DNA of 64,000 nucleotides from NCBI GenBank assembly GCA_963851385.1, contig CAWKPE010000019.1:24355-88354 (forward strand), read 5' to 3'. The notes beneath the pieces are model-generated. The model worked only from the letters and a program-made list of their open reading frames with translations, made no database searches and had not been told where the DNA came from. The stretch comes from an uncultured Bacteroidota bacterium. Its GTDB lineage: Bacteria > Bacteroidota > Bacteroidia > Bacteroidales > DTGW01. The translations under genes and the position numbers were made by a program. Shown here one piece after another: positions 1 through 10,341 of the stretch (its first letter is position 1; every line of letters begins with the position of its first letter).

Positions 1-275
1 AAGAAAAACCTAATCTGTCAAAGTAGAACTAATATCGCAGAATTTGAAATTTTGCTAATGTATATTTAATAAATACGAGTCTGTCAATAAAGTTAAAATT
101 TCTCGCAAAGCATGCTAAGATTTAGTAAAGAAACTTACATCTAAAGTACTTTGCGTTCTCTTCGTTATTCTTTGCCGACCTTAACGTGAAAATATTATTA
201 ACTTATATACAGACAATAATTAAATCAGGATATGAATACTTTTTTTTCTATATTTAGTCGCAATATTTAACACAA

Positions 276-731
276 ATGGAGCAAATAGATATTTCATTAG
301 TCAAAGATGAAGAACGCAAATCAGTCGCTGAGATGCTTGCTCAATCCGAACCATGGATTACTCTATGCACTACAATGTCACAATGTCTCAAAACTTGCAA
401 TGATTTGGAATATATCATATTTGTAGCGCATTTGAAATCAATTCTGGTTGGAGCAATAATTCTTCATCACCGTGGTGTTGCAAGTTCTCCTTATGTCAAA
501 TCCATCATAGTGGCTAACGGATATCGCAGTCATGGTATTGGAGCAAATCTTATGAAATATGCAGAAAATTATTTCAGAAAAGAATCAAAACATATGTTCT
601 TATGTGTTTCATCATTCAACAAAGAAGCACAATTATTTTATAATCGGATTGGTTACAACAAGGTTGGTGAATTTAAAGATTACATAATAGAAGGTGAATC
701 AGAAATTCTAATGCATAAAAGATTGCGATGA
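276..731 (+). CDS. GNAT-family N-acetyltransferase
   Basis: 151-aa ORF. It has a motif-A-like acetyl-CoA binding segment (VANGYRSHGIGANLM) followed by FYNRIGY. The stop overlaps the next start (ATGA at 728-731). Confidence 0.8.
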   Translation: MEQIDISLVKDEERKSVAEMLAQSEPWITLCTTMSQCLKTCNDLEYIIFVAHLKSILVGAIILHHRGVASSPYVKSIIVANGYRSHGIGANLMKYAENYFRKESKHMFLCVSSFNKEAQLFYNRIGYNKVGEFKDYIIEGESEILMHKRLR

Positions 732-1090
732 GAAACAATCAAGTGCCCTGGTCAATTGTCATCATGCTCTGTGCAACTGCCACTGCCAGCTATATATGCC
801 GAGTGAATATCTCAACAGCAGGTCCATTGCTGATGAAAGAATTTAAACTTTCTCAGCCTGCAATGGGAAGAATTTTCAGCGCGTTAATATTAGGTTATGC
901 CTTATTCCAGGCTCCTGCCGGAGCACTAGCTGACCGTTGGGGTGCACGAAAAGTGCTTATGTTTGTTTCCTGGCTTTGGGTAGCCATAACAGTAATTCAA
1001 ATATTCATTAATTGGGGACCATTTCAAACATCTACAACAATTGCATTATTATCGTTTATGACAATCCGCTTTCTATTAGGAATTCGATAA
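728..1090 (+). pseudogene. MFS transporter, 5' fragment only (about the first three TM helices)
   Basis: 120-aa ORF with hydrophobic helices and the MFS loop signature GALADRWGARKVL, then a stop. I see no transporter continuation in any frame downstream. Confidence 0.55.
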
Positions 1091-1582
1091 ACTCATTATA
1101 ATTTTTTTCACTTTGGTCTCTTTTAAAATCAAAAATTAAATCCTCAATAATATCACATAACACATCCAGTTCATCGTCATCACAATCCTGTAAGAAGGAC
1201 ATTGTTTCAGTCATATTGTTACCTAAACGAATCCAGATTTAGGCAGTATATTCAGCATGTCTTTCACTTGTAAAATGCATCTCACACCTTTTTTGCATGT
1301 ACCATTTTACAAGCTCAGTGTCAAGAGGCAATTCGTGCTTTTTTTCTTCTTCAAATATTATGAGGTTTTCTAACAAAAGTACAAAATTGGTGCGGTATGT
1401 AACTATATTAGCTACATATTGGAATTTTTATCGATACCTTTCGTCCTTTTACTATAGGAACCTATTATTAGAGATGGTTACAGGATTAGCGTGAGTTTTG
1501 TTAGAACTGCTGGCGATACTCCTTACAAAACAATAATAAATAACTGTTGTATATAAAAAAATAATTTATTTTATTTGTAAGG

Positions 1583-2125
1583 ATGATTAAATCATCAATT
1601 TTTAAATTTAAGAAAATGAAAAAAATATTAATAATATTAATTCTGCCATTCATGTTAACCGGTTGCAATAAGGATACTTTACCAGATGCAACTGACACTG
1701 GTGCAGGTACCTGTGGCATGTTGGTGAATGGGAAAGTTTGGGAATCGCACAAAATGGGATCGTTTTTTCAGATTTCTGGTTTAGGAGCTATAATCATTCA
1801 TATTAAAAAAGAGTCCACTTTTTTGATTAGTGGTTTTTCAGGTAATGAAACATTAACAATGTTTTTTACAGTTAATAATATTGGAAAATATCATTTTGAT
1901 AATTCATTTAAACAACAACCGGATTCTTTAAGTTCCAATACTTCCTTTGTAATAGATACTATTTCCTATCAATTGACAGATACCCTGCAATCCGAAATTG
2001 AAATTACACGTTATGACACAGTTGTTAATATTATTTCAGGCACATTTTCAATGAATTTATTTAATTTCAAAGGGCAAGAATTAAGAATTACAGAAGGCAG
2101 ATTCGATTTACGTTATAATCCATAA
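1583..2125 (+). CDS. small lipoprotein, unknown function
   Basis: Lipoprotein signal MKKILIILILPFMLTGC. An internal ATG at 1616 gives a canonical 17-aa signal, so it is an alternative start. The ORF is otherwise uninterrupted. Confidence 0.7.
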   Translation: MIKSSIFKFKKMKKILIILILPFMLTGCNKDTLPDATDTGAGTCGMLVNGKVWESHKMGSFFQISGLGAIIIHIKKESTFLISGFSGNETLTMFFTVNNIGKYHFDNSFKQQPDSLSSNTSFVIDTISYQLTDTLQSEIEITRYDTVVNIISGTFSMNLFNFKGQELRITEGRFDLRYNP

Positions 2126-2135
2126 TATCAAAAAT

Positions 2136-3950
2136 ATGAAAACTTTAAAATTAATTTTAGTTATTTTTCTATTTATGGTAATTGATTGTTATAGTCAACC
2201 TTTTAACGTTACTGCATCAATAGCTTATAATGGAACAACAGCTTCCGGACAATACATCATTTATAGGGATCAAAATACTTACAATATAACTATTAGCAAT
2301 CTTAGGAAACCATTGATATTTATTCCTGGATTTGATCCTAATGGACAATATGCCATTGATCCTTCCGGCCAATACAGTAAATGTGACGGAACAGGTAAAT
2401 CAGATTTATATAGCCTGATAAACAGTGGAACTTATGATGGAAATACAAGCCTGGCATCCAGGCTTCACAGCCAGGGATATGATATAGTGGTTTTAAAATT
2501 CGATAATGCAGGCGATTACATACAAAGAAATGCCTTTTTATTGGTTGAATTAATAAATGAAATCAATGCAAATAAGCCAAGTACAAGTGGGCCATTGGTT
2601 ATTATGGGATATAGCATGGGTGGCTTGGTTGCCCGGTACGCGCTTGCTTATATGGAAGCAAACGGAATGAACCACCAAACCAGGTTATATGTATCGTACG
2701 ATTCGCCTCATAAAGGTGCCCATGTTCCCGTTGGCATACAGGCGTTTGGATTAACTTTTAATGGCGATTATTATAAATTATTATACCCTCAACTGGCGAG
2801 TGCATTAAATATGTTTATGGCCCCTGCTGCCATGCAAATGTTAAGGTATCGCCTTACAAATATTCAAAATGAGAAAAATGATACAGGCATGATACCGTTA
2901 AGCACAACGTATATTAGTTTTATGACAGAATTGAACGGGTTGAACAGTTGTGGAGGGTTCCCTAAAAATTGCAGGAACATAGCTGTATCGTTAGGAAGCT
3001 GGAACGGTATTCCACAACGATCAAATCTCGATTTGGACAATGACGGTATTAACGATTATCAATACCCCTCGTTCCCTTATGCCTATATTAATTTTTCTAA
3101 GGGAGACAATGGCAGTCCAACATCAATATGGCAGTTAAATACATGTGATATTGTAGCTAATGTTTCATTTCAGGTTATAATCAGTACTATGTGGTCAAAT
3201 AATTATCCATATTCTTCACAAAGAAGCTCATATGCAAATTTGGGAAATTATGGTTCAGACACATATTTATATTATCAGAATCCCACCAGTCCGATAGCAA
3301 ATGAGTTTCCCGGAGGTTTATTTACCTGTATTTGGTATTACCAGAACTATGAACCTACAGATTTTGCACCTGGTTCATTTGTCCCTGCTTACGATCAGAT
3401 GGTAAATGCTCTTAGTTCGCAAATTAATTGTAGTTTCGATTATGCAAGCAATGCAACATTTATCCCAACAGTAAGCGCTTTATGTTTTGATACTAACAAT
3501 TTATTTTACGATATAGGTGATGATCCTAATATGCTCGACAAAACGCCGTTTGATGCAATTTATGGCTTAACAGGAGATAATACTGGTCATTTAGGAGATA
3601 ATTATTATGTCTCAGCTAATATGCCTTGTGAATCATGTATCTCCACAGACCCGGGATTAGTAAATTGGCTTGTTGACCAAATAACCAATAATTATATAAA
3701 AGGTTGCGCAAAAAGAAGTACCGCTTTAAGTGGTGACGTTACAAGTGGAAGTAATGTTTTGATTTCGCAAACAAATAATATTGTTACTACAAATTACACA
3801 ATAGAAACAGGCGCCAATGTTCAACTTAAGGCAGCAACCGGTATTACCTTGCAATCAGGAATCACATTTAAAGTTGGCAGTCCATTTAGTATGACTATAT
3901 TACCCTGCTCTTCAAAAAGTTGTTATATGACAATCTCTAACCCGTATTAA
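2136..3950 (+). CDS. secreted alpha/beta-hydrolase (lipase/esterase-like) with a C-terminal beta-rich domain
   Basis: N-terminal signal peptide. Nucleophile elbow GYSMGG in LVIMGYSMGGLVARYAL, then SYDSPHKGAHVP. The C-terminal ~80 aa (ATGITLQSGITFKVGSPFSMTI) resemble a Bacteroidota surface-protein repeat. Confidence 0.7.
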   Translation: MKTLKLILVIFLFMVIDCYSQPFNVTASIAYNGTTASGQYIIYRDQNTYNITISNLRKPLIFIPGFDPNGQYAIDPSGQYSKCDGTGKSDLYSLINSGTYDGNTSLASRLHSQGYDIVVLKFDNAGDYIQRNAFLLVELINEINANKPSTSGPLVIMGYSMGGLVARYALAYMEANGMNHQTRLYVSYDSPHKGAHVPVGIQAFGLTFNGDYYKLLYPQLASALNMFMAPAAMQMLRYRLTNIQNEKNDTGMIPLSTTYISFMTELNGLNSCGGFPKNCRNIAVSLGSWNGIPQRSNLDLDNDGINDYQYPSFPYAYINFSKGDNGSPTSIWQLNTCDIVANVSFQVIISTMWSNNYPYSSQRSSYANLGNYGSDTYLYYQNPTSPIANEFPGGLFTCIWYYQNYEPTDFAPGSFVPAYDQMVNALSSQINCSFDYASNATFIPTVSALCFDTNNLFYDIGDDPNMLDKTPFDAIYGLTGDNTGHLGDNYYVSANMPCESCISTDPGLVNWLVDQITNNYIKGCAKRSTALSGDVTSGSNVLISQTNNIVTTNYTIETGANVQLKAATGITLQSGITFKVGSPFSMTILPCSSKSCYMTISNPY

Positions 3951-4064
3951 ATACTAAAAAAAGCATAATACAGGTAAAGCGCAATTGTGCCGAAAAACCT
4001 TTCATTTAACCATAAATAAAACAATATATTAAAAGATAATTTTAAAAAATAAAAACATAGCACT

Positions 4065-5339
4065 ATGAAAAAGATTCTTTTTATTTTGGCAATAATGGTA
4101 ATTTTCTTTAGCGTAGCTAAGGCTCAACTTTCCATGAATTCTTCTGGTCTTATTGGTATAGGTAGTTCTGCAACAAATTCAGCTTCCAGTTTAGCCATAA
4201 ACACAAATGGTTCTGGCAATAATGCTGTATCAATAGTACCATTAGCAACTCAAAATGTTGGAATAAGTTATAGTAATAGCAGTGTGCATCTATCGACCGT
4301 CTTTGGAATAGTAAGTTCTCAAGACAATACGGGATACAGTAATATTCTACGCTCAGTTTATAGCGTTGCATGTAGTTCAACTGCACAAAGTTGTGGACAG
4401 GCTTATGCAATACATGGAATAGCCGGGAATAACACAAATGGTTATAATATAGGAATATATGGTCAGTTACAGGGTTCTAATAACGGTGCTGCTGTTTATG
4501 GTCAAGCTGGTACAGCTTCAGCATTCCCATTAGATAATATGTATGCCGGCTATTTTTATGGCAATGTAAAAATTACTGGATCAATCTGGGCCCAGAGTGG
4601 CACTATAACAGGTTCTGATCAAAAATTAAAAAAGAATATTGTAGTCCTTGATTCCACTGATAAAATTTTTAATCTTAAGCCTGTAAAATATTATCTGAAA
4701 AGCCCTCGTGAATTAGCAAGTACTGTTTCGAAATCAGATACATCAAAAACACCAGTTTCATTTTTACCCGATCCAGATTATACAAAAAAATTACATTATG
4801 GCTTTTTGGCTCAAGATATGCAACAGGTTTGCCCTGATTTAGTCTATACAAGTGGTGATGGTACTCTTGGCATTGACTATCAAGGCTTAATACCATTAAT
4901 TATAGATCAATTAAAGAAAATGAAGCAATCTTTACAAGATAAAGATGCACGAATTGATTCACTTGAGCAAAGGTTAAATAATTGTTGTGGTTCATCAAGC
5001 CTAAAAAGTGCAAAGGCCACCTCGATGAATGACACAGCAATTATTTCCAAAAGCAATTCCAGTGTATTCCTAAATGGTACCGCTACCCTCAGTCAAAACG
5101 CTCCTAATCCGTTCAGTAAAAGCACGAATATTGGTTATTATTTGCCAGAATCTGTTCAAAATGCTACATTATATATTTATAACATGAACGGTGTTCAAAT
5201 CAAATCCATCCCAGTAACATCAAAAGGGAACGGAAACATAACTATTAACGGGTACGAACTTGGCCCCGGCATGTATTTATATACTCTCATTGCCGATGGT
5301 CAGGAAGTGGCCACCAAACGAATGATTTTAACCCAATAA
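4065..5339 (+). CDS. tail-fibre-like protein with a peptidase S74 intramolecular-chaperone domain and a T9SS C-terminal sorting domain
   Basis: Signal peptide and a Gly/Ser/Asn-rich N-terminal half. The S74-type segment is SDQKLKKNI...HYGFLAQDMQQVCPDLV...IDYQGLIPLIIDQLKKM plus a coiled coil. The last ~80 aa (SQNAPNPFSKSTNIGYYLP...GMYLYTLIADGQEVATKRMIL) are a typical T9SS type-A CTD. Confidence 0.7.
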   Translation: MKKILFILAIMVIFFSVAKAQLSMNSSGLIGIGSSATNSASSLAINTNGSGNNAVSIVPLATQNVGISYSNSSVHLSTVFGIVSSQDNTGYSNILRSVYSVACSSTAQSCGQAYAIHGIAGNNTNGYNIGIYGQLQGSNNGAAVYGQAGTASAFPLDNMYAGYFYGNVKITGSIWAQSGTITGSDQKLKKNIVVLDSTDKIFNLKPVKYYLKSPRELASTVSKSDTSKTPVSFLPDPDYTKKLHYGFLAQDMQQVCPDLVYTSGDGTLGIDYQGLIPLIIDQLKKMKQSLQDKDARIDSLEQRLNNCCGSSSLKSAKATSMNDTAIISKSNSSVFLNGTATLSQNAPNPFSKSTNIGYYLPESVQNATLYIYNMNGVQIKSIPVTSKGNGNITINGYELGPGMYLYTLIADGQEVATKRMILTQ

Positions 5340-5559
5340 AAAGGATAAAATACATAGCTTAAGGAAGGGTATAATTGGTTGAGAAATTTACAAAAAGTAC
5401 ACCCCAGCTTCTTTGCGCACTGGTGTTATGGTTTTAAACAATGAATTAAAATGACAAGAGCCGTATAACAGGAGACTGTCACGTACGGTTTTGTAAGAGG
5501 CTTTGGTTGAAGTGTTATTGCCTATTTGATTTTTATAGGAAATATTGCCAACACCCCAT

Positions 5560-7473
5560 TTAGATTTTGGTTTTTTTCTTTTTAATTTTCTCCCAATGGA
5601 TTTTAATTAAATTTGCCGGATCTGACTTGCCTTCAACTCGAACTAATTCAAACAAAGAAGGATATTTCTGATTAATAAGAATGATGTAGCGTTTTAAAGT
5701 AGAACTAATTGGTTTATTTCCATGACCGATTTCAACATTAATTCTTGCATCTATAATATAATCAAATCTTTCAGAGTATAATTTATCGAGCAAACTATCT
5801 GGATAAACCACCAAACTTTCTTTTAATTTAGCCAGAATCTTTAAAGTATCAAAACTACATGTATGCAATAGCTTAAATTGATAAACTTTTGAAAGCAAAT
5901 TATCTTTATTCGTAGAATCCAAAAGAATTATTCCCAATTTGCAGGTAGGTTTCAATATTATAGCCCAAAGATTTTGTTTGAAAATAAGTTGATTTTCAAT
6001 TGAAAGTTTTGAATTGATTTCATCCAATCTGACCAATAAAATTGAAGACATTTTTTTTGCTACATTAAGAAACGAATCAAGTTGATAAGCAGGAAACTGA
6101 TAAATACCTTTAAATTCCCTGCCATTTCCATAAATAAAACTCAAAGAAGGTTTGCGACAGCCTATTACAGCTTCTTTAGGCAGATTTTCTGAACACCATT
6201 CACTTAGTTTAAGATAATTCTTATAATCTTTACTAAAACCATAATATTTGTCATTAATGAGATTTTCAGATAGAATTGGTAGATTTTCCTTAATCTTCGT
6301 AACTGTATTAATTAGAACCAGGAAAGTCAAAATAATTCCAATAACAAATGGAATAATTTTTATTATTACATTCTTACTGTTAGAAGTAGTCTCATGCAGC
6401 CAGGAAAATAGGAATATAAAAATCAATGGAAAATAGATTAAAACTAATCGTCCCTGGTTCCAGAAAACTTGTTGACTTATGAATGTAGCGCATAACGCAA
6501 TAAAGATGTATATACCAATAAAACCTAAATATTTATCCTTTTTATTATATCTCCATAATGCAATAAGGAAAACAATTACAAATATTACAGTTATGAATAT
6601 ACTAATACTTGAAGATATATCTAATTTAATTCCAAAGTCCGATAATATGTGTCCTGATATATAATTATGTGTATTTATAAAAAATCTATCGATAAAACCT
6701 TTAAAATTTTCGGTTCCTATTTCCGGATAATAAGGATTCTTAAGAAACATTGTACTAAATTGGTCCTCAATACCAATTTTTGAAAAACTCCAGAATAAAT
6801 TTTTATAGATTAAAAAGAGAATTTGGTACACTGCATAAGGAATCACAGCAAATAGCGAAGCAATCCAATTTCTGTAAATTAAAAATAATATAACAGTTGA
6901 TACTACCATTGAAATTCCTATATTTCTTGTAATTGCCAATAAGAACATAAAAAAACCTAGTATGAACCATTCTTTCCATAATTTTATCAAAGGAATATTT
7001 TGATCCAATTTTTCAATTATCTTAAAAACGTAATAAATGCAAATTATTTGAAGTACAAAGTACAATGCTTCACTGTATGTTAGACTGGAATAGATTAGAA
7101 TATTGGCATTTATACTTAAAAAAACCACCGTTAGCAGTAATATATAAGAAGGTATTTTATTCTTAAAAGTAATAAACAGCCAATATAGATGAAAGGTGAT
7201 TAAAATAAGTGAGAGAAATTTCAGAAATATGATATTTAAACCAAATAATCTAATAAAAGTACTCAAAAAAATTTGATAAAATGAACCATGCCAGGTTGGA
7301 AATGAGAAACCTTTCATGAAATTCCATGCTCCTTCAATATAATCAGAATCGTCTCCACTTTCTGAAATTTTTAAATTGAAAAGCAAACAGGAAATGATAA
7401 CACATAATATAAGTGCTAAATATAAAATAGGTTTACTATTTTTCTCAAAAAATGAAATATTTTTTTCGGTCAT
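5560..7473 (-). CDS. polytopic membrane protein, GT-C / ArnT-PMT-like glycosyltransferase (tentative)
   Basis: 637-aa uninterrupted ORF. It has ten or more hydrophobic helices in the N-terminal two-thirds and a soluble C-terminal domain. The family call rests on architecture only. Confidence 0.5.
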   Translation of the reverse strand: MTEKNISFFEKNSKPILYLALILCVIISCLLFNLKISESGDDSDYIEGAWNFMKGFSFPTWHGSFYQIFLSTFIRLFGLNIIFLKFLSLILITFHLYWLFITFKNKIPSYILLLTVVFLSINANILIYSSLTYSEALYFVLQIICIYYVFKIIEKLDQNIPLIKLWKEWFILGFFMFLLAITRNIGISMVVSTVILFLIYRNWIASLFAVIPYAVYQILFLIYKNLFWSFSKIGIEDQFSTMFLKNPYYPEIGTENFKGFIDRFFINTHNYISGHILSDFGIKLDISSSISIFITVIFVIVFLIALWRYNKKDKYLGFIGIYIFIALCATFISQQVFWNQGRLVLIYFPLIFIFLFSWLHETTSNSKNVIIKIIPFVIGIILTFLVLINTVTKIKENLPILSENLINDKYYGFSKDYKNYLKLSEWCSENLPKEAVIGCRKPSLSFIYGNGREFKGIYQFPAYQLDSFLNVAKKMSSILLVRLDEINSKLSIENQLIFKQNLWAIILKPTCKLGIILLDSTNKDNLLSKVYQFKLLHTCSFDTLKILAKLKESLVVYPDSLLDKLYSERFDYIIDARINVEIGHGNKPISSTLKRYIILINQKYPSLFELVRVEGKSDPANLIKIHWEKIKKKKTKI

Positions 7474-7778
7474 AAATTATGTATTAATAATGGTCGTCAA
7501 AGATACAAAATTAGGGATAAAAATATAACTTGCTTTTAACTTAGAAGATGTTTTGGATTTTTCATTTAATTCAACTTAATATCAATTAAAACCGTGATAA
7601 ATATCATTTTTTTAACTGTACAAAAAGACTCAAAAAAAAGGTAATCAGATACGCACAGAATTTTAATCAATTACAATTTAATTGCTTTTATTTATCCTGT
7701 CAAAACGGTGAATACATTAAAAAAATAAAAATAACATGGTTTCTTTAATTTTATCATCGAAAACAAAAAATCGTTGTT

Positions 7779-8321
7779 ATGAAAGTATTTGTTTCATCTG
7801 CTGAAAAAGTTGAAATTAATGGAGAAAATGTTTATGCAATAATTGATGGAATGGGCATATTTAAATCAAAGGCAATTAAAATTCTGGCTGAAAACGGAAT
7901 TGTTGATCCCAAACCCGGTCAATGGTACAGTCAACAAGCCTGGCTAAATGCATTCAAGACCATTACTGAACAAATTGGAGCGTTGACTTTATATGCAGTA
8001 GGTCAAAAAATAACTGAAAATGCAAAACTTCCTCATCATATTGACAACATTCATCAAGCCCTTGCTTCAATAGATATAGCTTATCAAACGAATCACAGGA
8101 ATGGTTTTACAGGAAATTATTTTTATGAAAAAACAGGTGAAAAATCAGCAAGAATTACATGCTCTAATCCATATCCTGATATCTTTGATAAAGGAATTAT
8201 AACAGCAATGGCAAACAAATTTAACAATGGAGAATTAAATAACCTGAAAATATATATTGACGAATCAATGCCGGTACGTATGAAGGGAGGAGAATCTACC
8301 ACTTTTATAATTTCCTGGTAA
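7779..8321 (+). CDS. hypothetical protein
   Basis: 180-aa ORF with an ATG start and no antisense competitor. I recognise no motif. Confidence 0.55.
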   Translation: MKVFVSSAEKVEINGENVYAIIDGMGIFKSKAIKILAENGIVDPKPGQWYSQQAWLNAFKTITEQIGALTLYAVGQKITENAKLPHHIDNIHQALASIDIAYQTNHRNGFTGNYFYEKTGEKSARITCSNPYPDIFDKGIITAMANKFNNGELNNLKIYIDESMPVRMKGGESTTFIISW

Positions 8322-8448
8322 AAGTTTTTCTCTATACTTTTTCTCCCATTCTATTATGAAAGAGATAAAATGGTTTTTCCCATTTGAAATAAAAGAAGGG
8401 ACAGATAGTATGTCAAAATAACAGTCCTGATAAAAATACTTATTTAGT

Positions 8449-9675
8449 TTAACCTGTCTTTTCAGTCAATAATTTTGATTCCTTAAGCCTGGTACAAATA
8501 AGTATACTCAAGAAAATTAGCCCTATTAAAATCAGCATTGGAAATGACATTGCACCTGAATCCGGTGACCTCAATCTGTCCATTCCAAATATGAATACAA
8601 CACCTGCGATTTGCCCCATCAGCATTAACATTCCGTTAGATGTTCCTTCAGGTGCCGGTACTGTAATCTCAGCACCATATTGAAATCCAACCGGACCAGC
8701 ACTTAATAAACAAAATCCTAATAAAAAAGAAGATGCCAATAGCAACCAGTAATTTGTAACATAAGCAATACCTAATAGACCGGGTATTGTACCAATTAAA
8801 GCAAAAAAGATAAAAGGAACACGCTTGCGAAGACGATCAGAGAGGGGAGGTATCAGGACAGCACCAACTATACCGCCTACAACCATTATGCCTCCGACAA
8901 TCCCGGCCTGAATACTTGAAAAATGTCTGGGTTTTATAATGTCTTCTATCCATGTAGTTACTGCATTGAACACACCTAATCCTACAAAGAAAACTAACAT
9001 CAAAAAAATGAAATTGCGTTGACGAAGACTATTTTTTAAGCCTTCCAACGCTAAAGAACGAATGGCTTGCTCAGGTGGACAAGGAGGTGAAAGAGGGCGC
9101 TCTTTAACCAATGCTATAAAAAGTATTGCAGCTACAACCGAAAAAATTCCATATCTTACAAGCATTCCTGGAATACAAAAATTACCCGTTAACCAGGGTG
9201 TCAAAGCCAGACCTAATATAATTCCCAGGTATGCTGACAGTGAGCCAAGTCCGGTAGCAGTTGCGCGCTCCCTGATAGGAAACCAATGAGCAGCAACAGT
9301 AGTCTGCGCGTTAAGAATAAAGGGTTGTCCTATTGCTATACCTATTTGCGATAAAAGAACCAGGTCATAATTCGTGGCAAAAACGCCTCGCAATAAACCA
9401 AAAATTCCTGTTAGTACTGCACCAATTCCCACTGATATATGTATTCCATAAGTATCTATTACCCATGAAGCAGGAATCGCGAACACAATATAAACCAGCA
9501 TGAAAATAAGAGAAAGAAAACCTATACTCATATCAGATACTTTATAATAGCCAGCAGCAGTACTGGTAATTGCAGCAAATGTAATCCAGAGTAACTGGTT
9601 CATAAGTACGATAAACATGAATACCGATAAAACCACCCACCGGTATTTATATACATTGAAGTTATCTTGTTCCAT
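8449..9675 (-). CDS. MFS transporter (full length, about 12 TM)
   Basis: 408-aa ORF made almost entirely of hydrophobic helices, with a central cytoplasmic loop (KERPLSPPCPPEQAIRS) and PLSDRLRKR between helices in the second half. Confidence 0.8.
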   Translation of the reverse strand: MEQDNFNVYKYRWVVLSVFMFIVLMNQLLWITFAAITSTAAGYYKVSDMSIGFLSLIFMLVYIVFAIPASWVIDTYGIHISVGIGAVLTGIFGLLRGVFATNYDLVLLSQIGIAIGQPFILNAQTTVAAHWFPIRERATATGLGSLSAYLGIILGLALTPWLTGNFCIPGMLVRYGIFSVVAAILFIALVKERPLSPPCPPEQAIRSLALEGLKNSLRQRNFIFLMLVFFVGLGVFNAVTTWIEDIIKPRHFSSIQAGIVGGIMVVGGIVGAVLIPPLSDRLRKRVPFIFFALIGTIPGLLGIAYVTNYWLLLASSFLLGFCLLSAGPVGFQYGAEITVPAPEGTSNGMLMLMGQIAGVVFIFGMDRLRSPDSGAMSFPMLILIGLIFLSILICTRLKESKLLTEKTG

Positions 9676-9993
9676 AGTAATTGCTTTTGGTTGATGTAGA
9701 TAAAACTAAATAAAAATGATGAAAAAAGCAAAACTCGGATTGACTGCAATATTTTGTTCAATTTTCTACAATAAGCTATCAGGTTAACATTAATTATTTT
9801 TGCATTGATATTCAAATATTTATTTACTTCCATTAAATAAAAAGTAAAATTTTATCATAGTTTTAGTAATTTTGGCATAGTTTGAATTTGGGTTTAATAA
9901 AAAATAAATACATATTTGTAACAATCAAATATAAATTGCGTTTAGTTAGTATTATTTGAAAAGATGAGTTAGAAAACAATTAAATTGATTAAT

Positions 9994-10188
9994 ATGTTTA
10001 AAAATCTGATTGAAGCTTCGAAACAACAAATTGAAAAGGGGGCTTATCAATTATCTTTTGATGAAAGAAACGAATCAGTTATAGTTCTTAATAAAAAAAA
10101 TAAAGAAAAAAGTTATGTCGTTATTGGTGACAATGACGAGATGCTTACAGCAACATTAGACTATTTCGGGTTAAGAAAGAAAAAATAA
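9994..10188 (+). CDS. small hypothetical protein
   Basis: The track ORF starts at TTG 9985 and the first ATG is at 9994. It is short with no recognisable motif, so this is a weak call. Confidence 0.3.
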   Translation: MFKNLIEASKQQIEKGAYQLSFDERNESVIVLNKKNKEKSYVVIGDNDEMLTATLDYFGLRKKK

Positions 10189-10341
10189 TTCATAACCATC
10201 TGCTTTTTAAATATATTTTACAAGCTTTTTTTAATATGCTTGAATGATTTTGCTTTGTATTTTATTTAAAGCATAATATTAAAAAATATTCTTGATATAA
10301 AAATTTGAGAAAGCTAACAAAATTACAAATAAGTTCTGCCA

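Noticed and set aside
1297-1752. ORFs 1297-1494 (+) and 1501-1752 (-)
   Set aside because: Both have low-complexity, Phe/Ser/Asn-rich translations. The second overlaps the start of the well-supported lipoprotein gene on the opposite strand. I treat both as noise in a scar region.
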